This document shows positions 50,311-60,290 of a stretch of DNA of 64,000 nt, one piece after another. Below the pieces are notes generated by a model. It saw nothing but the letters and a program-made list of their open reading frames with translations. It ran no database searches and was not told where the DNA came from. Source of the stretch: Carcharhinus amblyrhynchos (taxonomy: Eukaryota); contig OZ336881.1 in the NCBI GenBank assembly GCA_965287045.1, positions 22,258,001 to 22,322,000 on the forward strand, given 5' to 3'. Every line of letters starts with the position of its first letter. Position 1 is the stretch's first letter. Made by a program: the position numbers and the translations under genes.

Positions 50311-51899
50311 TAGGAGTGGTGGCAGCTGGGAGAATGAAGGGCAAGATCGGAGTGGAGGGAGCAGAGAGAGTAAGAAAGGAGAGAGAGTGAAGGAGAAAGG
50401 AAGAAAAGGGAAAAAGATAGGTGAATCAAAGAATTTGGCTTGCTCAAAACAATTCTAGTCATTAGCATCACTCAGGGAAATAATGTCACTGGATATAATC
50501 CTTCCAAATGAGGACAATTGGCACATACAGACAGAAGTACGAAACCCTAATGATTTAAACCATTTACAATTCATTGTAACAGATGGCACATAAATAATCC
50601 AAGTCACAACACAATTCACAATCTCCCTAATTTCATGTTAACATAATTCATGAAATCACTGGAAATTGCTAGTCTGCATAAATTCCAAAACTGATTCATA
50701 ATTTTCACTAAGCCATTAACTCTTATTAAACACCCATCATTTTAAGGTAATTTAGATGCATAATTTACCCACTGGCTATTAAACTGGCACTGTTAAGCTT
50801 TGTCCTTTATAGATAAATGCTTTAGGTGAGAAATAGCAGCCTAATCTATTTTGTTTCAACATGTTGCACCATGCTATGGTAAAATGAAGATTAAAAATAG
50901 TTTTGGCTAAACTTAGATTTCCCAGTTGACATTTTCTCAAGCTTAGCAGATTTACTAATGTGAGAAAGCAAAATAAAAATCAGAGAAGAAATCAATTCAC
51001 TAAGAACCCAGGGACAGGAGTAAGGCTTAGGGAAAAAGAAATAAACCTAGAGTGAGGGAAAAGGACTGACAAAATGAAACAATAAATTAAATTATTATTG
51101 AATGGCTGTTTTATAAATGCTTGTAATCACATGCAGAAATCTAGATTACCAAACAAATTAAACCACCCAAGCACAATTAAAAATTCTACTTTCAATTCAG
51201 AAATCTGTTCACCTGGTCAACTACCAGAAAACATATACTTCCCCAGTTTGTTCTCAAATGCACAATCTTAGCTATATTGTATTCAGTTGCCCTTAAGAAT
51301 TTTGCATGTTAATCCAGGTCCATGCTAATTGTAAACATCTTGATCTAAAAGTGGTCCATAACACATCCACTAACATGACAGTATCTCCAAATTTCAGTAA
51401 GGAGTAAATGTCTCCTGGAAAACAGCAGCCTTTCACTTTTCATTTTGTATTTTTCATGTGGTTTCTCAAAGGTTTATAGCTGTAGTCCTGATGTCATACA
51501 AGCGAGATTGATTTGAGGGCTCACTCTACCTAACTATACCCTATGATTTAAACTCACATGGGCTACTCAAAAATTCAACATTATATTTTGATTATTTATT
51601 TCCTGGGTCATTATAAATACAGAACAATTCCAAAAATAGAATCTCAATGCTTAAATGTTTTACTCTCCATTCACACTGCAGCTACTGCTTTCAGATCAAT
51701 TCTCACAGTGAGAAAGGGGGCCTGCATATATGCACTGACACACACAGAGCTTCTCTCCTGACATTAAAATACACGCAAGAGTCCAAACCTGCAAGAACAC
51801 AAAAACTTTAAAATATTTATGTAAAGTAGGTTTTAAAAAAAATACCTGCAGACTGTTCAAGGGAATCCCTGGCCATTTTGTAGCTTGGTTCAACAAGTG

Positions 51900-52100
51900 T
51901 TTATCTAACGCCTTTAATATGATAAAATAACAAAGGTGCTTAGCAAAATTTTATACTGAGCTACATATGGAAATGTTAGAACAAAACTTTAAATATCTCG
52001 TCGAAAAGTAAGGTTTTAAGGAGTATCTTAAAGGAGAAAGGCGAGGCAGAGAGGTTTAGGGAAGGAATTCCAGAACTTAGGGCCTAAGCAGCTGAAGGTT
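51900..52100 (-). mobile_element. L2-type LINE 3' fragment
   Basis: GAGAGGTTTAGGGAAGGAATTCCAGAACTTAGGGCCTAAGCAGCTGAAGG. Confidence 0.6.
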
Positions 52101-52278
52101 GAATTTCAGATTGGTGTTACTATCCCAGGGATTCTTGTGGTACCTCACTCCAGGCAGGTTTTACTTCAGATTTATGTCAAACTATCAGCATCAGCATTAT
52201 GTCGTGATTAGTAATGCCAAAGCAGAATCTTGAATGCTTTCTTAGCATGAGCACATGACCCAATTGTTTGTTGATAAT

Positions 52279-53375
52279 AGCCTGGAACTTCCATTTCCGG
52301 GGAAGAATGGGATTGTAATTGTACCTGGCAGGCCTCCAGAAGTTGTGATAAGGGATCCCCCCACCCGAGTCCACTCCACAAGAGAATTGCCAGGGAAATT
52401 TCAAGGGCGGCCCAGTGATCAGCACTGCTGCCTCTCAGCACCAGAAACCCCAGTTCAATTCCAATCTCAAGTGACTGTGTCGAGTTTGCATATTGTCCCT
52501 GTGTGTGGGTGGGTTTCCTCCAGGTGCACTGGATTCCCCTCTCACTCCAAAGATGTGCGGGTTAATTGACCACGTTAAATTGTCCTTTAGTGTCAGGGGT
52601 ATTAGCAAGGTAAATATGAGAAGAGACCCTGGGTGGGATTGTTGCCAGTGCAAGCTCGATGAGCCAAATGGCCTTCTTCTGCACTGTAGGGATTGTATGA
52701 CTTGTCCAATGGGCAATTTTCCTGTACACAGAGTCACCCAAGTCACCTCCCCTGATCTTCCCCCACCCCTAACTACCCTCCCCGACCCACCAAACCCCAC
52801 TATCCCTCAAGTAACCCCTCCTGATCTGAGTATACTCCCAATCCCTCTCCGACGACTTCCCGCACACTGACTCCTCTCAAGCCACAACTATCCTCCCCAC
52901 TCTCCTGATTAGCTTCTTACTACCCTCTGATTACCCTTCCACCCACCCCACCCCCAATACCATTAAATCACTCCCCGCCCCCCCCAAAACACTAACTACA
53001 TCCCTATACCCCTGATTGACCATTAACACACACCCACCCATCCTACCCCTCAAAACCAATTCTAGCCCCTCATCCATCCTGCATCACTACCCCATTTACC
53101 CTATCCGTCCTACTCATTTACCTTCACCTTTGTTTCTCAAGGTGGCTGGGATCTTTAAACTTACCTGCCTTGTGGCAGCTAGTGACATAAATAGGGGGCA
53201 TAGCATCACTTCCTCTGCCACCCTGCACAGAAAAGTTCCAGGAGCTGGTATGCTGCACATTTCTTAGCAGGCCCAATCGAAAATCAAGTGAGAAATATGT
53301 AACTCCCGACTAAGATGAGTTAAAAAGGAGCAGAGTGCTAATTCGACTATGATTGCCACTGTGGAAGTTCTGGCC
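52279..53375. mobile_element. Harbinger-type MITE copy A (contains a SINE)
   Basis: TIRs AGCCTGGAACTTCC.. / ..GGAAGTTCTGGCC; both ends homologous, in inverted orientation, to 53506-54719. Confidence 0.65.
52405..52700 (+). mobile_element. HE1/V-SINE-type SINE
   Basis: GGGCGGCCCAGTGATCAGCACTGCTGCCTC head, core, GTAGGGATTGTATGA tail. Confidence 0.9.
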
Positions 53376-53645
53376 AGTTGTTAAACAAGCTTTTCAAACC
53401 GAAGTGTCCTGTTATCTTTACAAGCCCCAGCTTAACCTTTAACATTTAAGTATTTGCTTACTATAAAAGCAAAAATACCACATACTGTGATTACAAGACA
53501 ATTAAAGCCAGAACTTCTGTGGAATGGCAATCATTATCAGACTGCTATTCCTTTTTACTTAGAAATGTGCAGCATCCAATTAAACTAAGAAAGAAGTACC
53601 ACAACACCAGGTTAAAGTCCAACAGGTTTATTTGGTAGTAAATGC

Positions 53646-53680
53646 CACAAGCTTTCGGGGCTCTGCTCCTTCATCAGGTG
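53646..53680 (-). ncRNA. Minimal type-I hammerhead ribozyme, core intact
   Basis: Reverse complement CAC CUGAUGA A GGAGC AGA GCCCC GAAA GCUU GUG. Confidence 0.8.
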
Positions 53681-54105
53681 AGTGGGGAGTTCTGATCACA
53701 AACAGGGCAGAGAAAGACACACAGTTTACAGAATACTGATTAGAACGTGTGTCTTTATAGCTAATCAAGTCTTAAAGGTGCAGGCAATGTGAGTGAAGAT
53801 AGCATTAAGCATAGGTTAAAGAGATGTGTATATTAGCATTATTAAGCATAGGTCAAAGAGATGTGTTTTGTCTCCAGACTGGACAGTGAGTGAAATTTTG
53901 TAAGCCCAGGCTACTCATGGGGGTTACAAATAGTATGACATGAACCCTAGATCCCAGTTGAGACCGTCCTCATGTGTGCGGAAGTCTGCACACAGGAGGA
54001 CGGCCTCAACTGGGATCTTGGTTAGCTGCAAAGACTCGCATTCTAATCAGTATTCTGTAAACTGTGTGTCTTTATATGCCCTGTTTGTGATCAGAACCCC
54101 CCACT

Positions 54106-54140
54106 CACCTTACGAAGGGGCAGAGCCCTGAAAGCTAGTA
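54106..54140 (+). ncRNA. Hammerhead ribozyme copy, core mutated (CUGA>CUUA)
   Basis: CAC CUUACGA A GGGGC AGA GCCCU GAAA GCUA GUA. Confidence 0.55.
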
Positions 54141-54875
54141 GTGTTTGCTACCAAATAAACCTGTTGGACTTTAACCTAGTGTTGTGAGACTTCTTATTGT
54201 GCTTACCCCAGTCCAATGTCAACATCTCCACATTATGACTACCATTGGCACATTTCTAACTCAGACTTCTATTCTGGGCCTGGTGAGAAATGCACAGTGC
54301 ATTAGCCCAAAAATCCTTCCAATACAAGGCCCTTTTTTATGGTGCTAAGCTGTTGTAGGCCGGGGATGCAGGATAATTAGGGATTGTGAGAATAGTTGGG
54401 ATGATGGAGAGGGTAGTCGGGGATTGGAAGGGTAGTCAAGGGGGTGATGGGTATCAGTCCTATAGTTACCCAGGAGTTCAAAGTGGTTTTAACCCTTCTA
54501 ACCTTTTCTGCTTAACTATTCCGCTAAGCAAGTCAAAACCTTCTGCAGTCTCATTTAAATCAGAGCTTTGGATGGTTCACAGTGCAGGGTAATTACCCAC
54601 TGGAAACTTAAACTTCCCGGGCATTTCCCATGCAATCACTGCGAGGGGTCTTCCGTGGAGTCCTTGAGTGCAACTTCCAGAGTACAACCCCCCACCTCGG
54701 GGAACAGAAGTTCTGGAACTTATCAACTGTGAAATAGAATATTTCATTTCCTGTTTAAAGATGACCTTATATATACCCAGCATGATGCTTAACAATGTTA
54801 AAAAGGTAATTTTTTCATGGAATATTAGTTTGTTTAACCATTATCAATATTGTATGAATAAAAAAGAATGCAAAC

Positions 54876-55971
54876 ATAAGAAATAAGAACATAAGAAATA
54901 GGAGCAGGAGTAGGCCATCTAGCCCCTCGAGCCTGCCCCGCCATTCAATAAGATCATGGCTGATCTGTCGCTGCTCAGTTCCACTTTCCCGCCCTCTCCC
55001 TATAACCCTTAATCCCCTCTCCTATCAAAAACCCATCAACCCGCGTCTTAAAAATATTTAGCGAGGCAGCCTCCACCACTTCAACGGGCAGAGAATTCCA
55101 GAGATTCACCACCCTTTGAGTGAAGAAGTTCCTCCTCAACTCCGTTCTAAACCGCCCCCCTTTTATCTTGAGGCTGTGCCCCCTAGTCCTACTGTCTTTT
55201 TTGAGCGGGAAGAGTCTTTCCACCTCTATCCTATCCATCCCATTCATCATCTTATACGTCTCAATGAGATCTCCCCTCATTCTTCTAAACTCTAACGAGT
55301 ACAAGCCCAGTTTATTCAGCCTCTCCTCATAGCTCAACCCCCTCAACTCCGGCATCAGCCTAGTAAACCTCCTCTGCACTCCCTCCAAGGCCAAAATATC
55401 TTTGCGCAGGTGCGGCGCCCAAAACTGCACACAGTACTCCAGCTGCAGCCTCACCAATGCCCTATACAGCTGCAGCAAGACCTCCCTACTTTTATATTCA
55501 ATCCCCCTCGCTAAGAAGGCCAGCATCCCATTCGCCTTCCTGACCACCTGCTGCACCTGCAAGCTGGGTTTTTGCGACTCATGCACAAGGACCCCGAGGT
55601 CCCTCTGCACCGTCGCCTGCTGCAGTTTTTCTCCACGTAAGTAATAGTCCTTCCTACCATTCTTCCTACCAATGTGGACCACCTCACACTTGCCAACATT
55701 AAATTCCATTTGCCATTTCCTGGCCCATTCGCCCAGCCTATCTAGATCCTTCTGTAGACTCTCCACACCCTCCGCACAATTTGCCGTTCCCCCAATCTTG
55801 GTGTCATCAGCAAATTTCGACACCCTACACTCGGTTCCCTCCTCCAGATCATCTATATAAATGGTAAAAAGCTGAGGCCCCAGCACTGACCCCTGGGGCA
55901 CTCCACTAGTCACCATCCACCAATCCGAATAGCACCCATTGACCCCCACTCTCTGCCTCCTATTTGACAAC
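54876..55971 (-). mobile_element. Young CR1 LINE, 5'-truncated, open 331-codon frame
   Basis: ORF 54975..55970 differs from the 489-aa ORF at about 10 residues by eye; CAAAC at 54871-54875 and 55972-55976. Confidence 0.97.
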
Positions 55972-56904
55972 CAAACCGCAATGAAATAGCCAGTGAAATA
56001 TTAGAATATGAAAATCTGATTTCAAAAAGAATTGCCTGACGAAGGAGCAGTGAAATATATAAATTGGCAAAGATTCAAATCAATGTGGCTGAGGGAAGTA
56101 CAAATGTACCATTCAATTTCCAGGCACTCAGATGGAACCACCCAGCACGCAATAAAAGTCAGCCCTCAAATCAGAGCTGATCCCATAAAACAGAAGTTGA
56201 ATGAAAAGGTTTGTTTTCTGCCTGTGTGCTTCATTGGAACTGCCAGGAAAGTAGTTGAGATAATAGGTTTTTATCAAGGAGTTGGAGAACACATTGATCA
56301 GCTAACAAGAGTAAAATCTTCGTTTTTTTTATTTGCAACTGAAAACATCATGCCAATAACATTAATGTTGCAATTCTCAGACACCACAACCATTTGCAGA
56401 ATCCACATCCTTCTCTAATATAGAACTGCTTCAAAAGTACAGGTTAGGAGTTTAGCTCCCTTTGAGACTTGATCCAAAATCTTCATTTGAAAGTGTTTTT
56501 GCTTAACTATGAAAATTACAACATTCAGCATTTTGACTGTTTTGCTGCAAATTCTGATGGATTTAAATAATTTAATGGGCATTTCCAAATTTATTTAAGT
56601 TTTCAATTAGTTACTGTATAAATCTAAGTAACAGGATAAATTAATGTACAGCAAGAAAGTTGTATGTACAATATATAGTACCTTCAACATTATAAGATTG
56701 CTGTAAGATGGTTCAAAAGGTATGAGAAAAGAAATTGTGTACATTCAGACATTTATGTGGCTTCCAAACACTAATGTCTCAATGTGATGCCAATTAATGG
56801 AGTATTTCTCAGTGAAGTCCACAAGATAGTTCTCCTGGCTTTCAAACTCTCCATCTTACCAGATGTATTATTTAGCTACTGTGACCTCCTGCTCACATTG
56901 CCAG

Positions 56905-57100
56905 CAAAATCATTTGCACACACCAAGGTGCCAGAAACAGCAATCAGATAAATTATCAGAGAATTTGTTTCAATGGGGTTAGTTAAGGGTTACATTCCAA
57001 GGGAGCAGCCAAAGAAAGCCTCAACTCAACATCGCATTTGAAAAATAGCACCATTTCTGAAATTGCAGATTTCCTTCCGTGCTGCACTGAAGTATACTCG
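56905..57100 (-). mobile_element. Deu-domain SINE fragment, decayed
   Basis: TTTGCACACACCAAGG..GCCTCAACTCAACATCGCATTTGAAAAATAGCACC..GCTGCACTGAAGT, similar to 32520-32760. Confidence 0.5.
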
Positions 57101-57417
57101 ATTAAAAGGCTTCCAAACCTATTTTAGAAAAGTGTTATGTTCAATACTTGGTCTACCTTGAAACAGCTGGTATCACTGGGAAGTGGAAAGTAAACAAACA
57201 AAGTTACAACTTCAGACCAGTTTTCCCACTTTTCACTGGGTGCAGGAATATATGCATTTTGAATGTATATTGGAGTTCTCTGGCCCATCTTGAGATGCCA
57301 TATGCCACCTTTACTAAAATAGTCTACTGTCAATGAGTCCTCAATCACATGAAAAATCATTAATTGAGAAATATACCAGACAGTGGCTGGTGCTCAAAGC
57401 CGCTGCAGTGATCAAGG

Positions 57418-58395
57418 CATGATGTGGAGATGCCGGCGTTGGACTGGGGTAAACACAGTAAGAAGTCTCACAACACCAGGTTAAAGTCCAAAAGGTTTAC
57501 TTGGTAGCGCAAGCTTTCAGAGCACTGTTCCTTCGTCAGGTGAGTGGCAGTTCTGTTCACAAACAGGGCACATAAAGACACAAACTCAATTTACAAAATA
57601 ACGGTTGGAATGCACGTCTTTACAGGTAATCAAGTCTTAAAGGTCCAGACAATGCGAGTGGAGAGAGGGTTAAACACAGGTTAAAGAAATATGTATTTTC
57701 ACCAGCCAGAACAGTTAGTGAGATTTTCCAAGCCCAGGCAAGTCGTGGTTACAGGTAGTGTGACATGAACCCAAGATCCCGGTTGAGGCCGCCCTCATGT
57801 GTGCGGCACTTAGCTATCAGTTTCTGCTCAGCAATTCTGCATTGTTGTGTGTCATGAAGGCCGCCTTGGAGAATGCTTACCCGAAGACCAGAGGCTGAAT
57901 GCCCATGATCGCTTAAGTGTTCCCCAACAGGAAGAGAACACTCCTGCCTGGTGATTGTCGAGTGGTGTTCATTTATCCATTGCCGTAGCATCTGCATGGT
58001 CTCCCCAATGTACCATGCCTTGGGACATCCTTTCCTGAAGCATATCAGGTAGGCAACATTGGCTAAGTTACAAACGTATGTGCTGTGTACCTGGTGAATG
58101 GTGTTCTCATGTGAGATGATGGCATCCGTGTCGATGATCCAGCACGTCTTGCAGAGGTTGCTGTGGCAAGGTCATGTGGTGTCGTGGTCACTGTTCTCCT
58201 GAAGGCTGGGTAGTTTGCTGTGGACAATGATCTGTTTGAAGTTGTACGGTTGTTTGAAGGCGAGAAGTAGGGGTGTGGGGATGGCCTAAGAAAGATTTTC
58301 ATCTTCATCGATGATATGTTGAAGGCCCCGGAGAAGATGTCATAGCTTCTCCACTCCAGGGAAGTACTGAATGACGAAGGGTACTCTGCCTGCCC
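57418..58395 (-). mobile_element. Penelope-like element 3' part (Cys-containing linker, GIY-YIG, pLTR)
   Basis: pLTR with full tail CATGATGTGGAGATGCCGGCG; minus-strand NLCKTCWII, NVAYLICFRKGCPKAWYIGETMQMLRQWINEH and GLNRDLGFMSHYL. Confidence 0.92.
57508..57542 (-). ncRNA. Minimal type-I hammerhead ribozyme, core intact, weakened stems
   Basis: Reverse complement CAC CUGACGA A GGAAC AGU GCUCU GAAA GCUU GCG. Confidence 0.65.
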
Positions 58396-58435
58396 TTTCC
58401 CTGCCACAGAAGGGAAAGGTCTTGCTGGTGAGGAA

Positions 58436-60290
58436 TATACTCTTCAAGAGATTCACTTGATCCCAGCTGCCTATGCATGTCATGTGCCTCTTTCTTCTTC
58501 TTGACCAGAGCCTCAATATCCCGAGTCATCCAGACTTCTGCCAGCCTTGCCCTTCACTCTAACAGGAATGTGTTTACCCTGGACACTGGTTAACACACTT
58601 TTGAAAACATGCCACTTACCAAACGTCCCTTTGCCTTCCCACAGACTCCCGCAATTAACTTTTGAAAGTTCCTGCCTGATACCATCAAAATTGGCCTTGC
58701 CCCAATTTAGAATTTTAACTTTTGGGACAGATCTATCATTCTTCGTAACTATCTTAAAACTAATAGAATTATGGTCACTGGTCCCAAAATGATCCCTCAC
58801 TAACACTTCTGTCACCTGCCCTTCCTTATTTCCCAAGAGGAGTTCAAGTTTTGCCCCTTCTCTAGTCGGGCCATCCACATACTGAATGAGAAATTCCTCC
58901 TGAAAACACTCAACAAATTTCTCTCCATCCAATTCTCTAATACTATGGCTGTCCCAGTCAATGTTGGGAAAATTAAAATCTCTGACTATTGCCACCCTAT
59001 TTTTCTTGGAGCTATCTGTAATCTCCTTACATATTTGCTCCTCAATTTCTCACTATTTGGGGGCCTATTGTACAACCGTATCAAAGTGATTTTCCCCTTC
59101 TTATTTCTCAGTTCTACCCATATAGACTCAGTGGCTGAACTGTCAAATATATCCCCTCTCAGTAAGGCCAAGATGATCTCCCTGATCAAAAGTGCAACTC
59201 CCCCTCCTCTCTTACCTCCTGTTCTATCTTTCCTATAGCATCTGTACCCTGGAACATTAAGCTGCTAGTCCTGTCCCTCCCTTAGCCATGTTTCAGTGAT
59301 TGCTATAATATCACTGAATATAATAAATGCAGTTTAATCTGGACTTCCCTTGCTCTCTCTCTCTCTCGCTTCTGTGTGATCTGTCTGGTACTAAGATTAT
59401 TGACACTGCCTTTATTAATTAATGTGCTCTCTTTAACTTACGTGCAGTCCTCAAACTTCTCTTCTGTCTCCCTACTGCTTTGAATCCCACCACTCTGCTA
59501 AACTAGTTTAAACCCTCCCAAGTGACTCTAGTAAATCTCCCCACTAGGATGTTAGTCCACGTCCAGTTCAAATGTAACCCATTCCTCTTGAACAGATCAG
59601 CCCTTCCCCAGAAAGGATCCCAATGATCCAAAAATCTAAATCCCTGCCCCCTGCACCAGCTCAAGGCATTCATCTGCCTAATCCTCCTATTACTACTCTC
59701 ACTCGCACATGGCACTGGTAGTAGTCCTGAAATTACTACCTTTGAGGTCCTGCACGTTAGCCTTCTGCCTAACTCTCTATATTCATATTTCAGGACTTCA
59801 TCCCTTTTCCTACCCATGTCATTGGTATCATTATGTACAACCACCTCTGGCTGCTTATCCTCCCCCCTTAAGAATGCCCTGCAATCGCTCAGAGAAGTTC
59901 TTGACCCTGGCATCAGGGAGGGGACACACCATCCTGGAGTCTCAGTTGCAGCCACAGAAACGCCTATCTGTGCCTCTAACTAGTGTATCCCCTATTACTA
60001 CTGCTCGCTTGCTCTTTGCCCAATCCTGTCCCACAGCAGAACCAGCTACTGCTGGTATTTCCCCCTGACAGGCTATCCCCCTCAACAGCATCCAAAATGG
60101 TACATCTGTTTGAAAGGGGAATAGATACGGGAGACTCCTGCACTATCTACCTGCCTCTCCTGGCAGTCACCCATCTACTTGTCTGAACCTGTGGCGTGAC
60201 AACCTCCCTGTTGGGTCTATCACACTCTCTGCCTCCTGTATGCTCCACAGTGCATCCAACTGCCACTCCAACTGAACAATGCATTCTTCC
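58436..60290 (-). mobile_element. CR1 5' half: ORF1 SGNH/GDSL esterase and ORF2 AP endonuclease, decayed
   Basis: ORF 59503..59955 (QPEVVVHNDTND..KVVISGLLPVP..FRFLDHWD..NGLHLN); 58986..59189 (ESIWVELRN..YNRPPNS); 58513..58995 (DFNFPNIDW..PTREGAKL..SDHNSI). Confidence 0.9.

Larger units (their letters stand above)
53591..54240. mobile_element. Penelope-like inverted (fold-back) pLTR pair
   Basis: Minus arm 53591-~53983, plus arm ~53986-54240; junction hairpin CCCAGTTGAGACCGTCCTCATGTGTGC..GCACACAGGAGGACGGCCTCAACTGGG. Confidence 0.9.
53506..54719. mobile_element. Harbinger-type MITE copy B (contains a Penelope fold-back)
   Basis: TAA|AGCCAGAACTTC .. GAAGTTCTGGAAC|TTA. Confidence 0.65.

Noticed and set aside
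51840-51910. Possible minus-strand exon ending CAG|GTATT
   Set aside because: Weak acceptor context and no recognisable protein similarity
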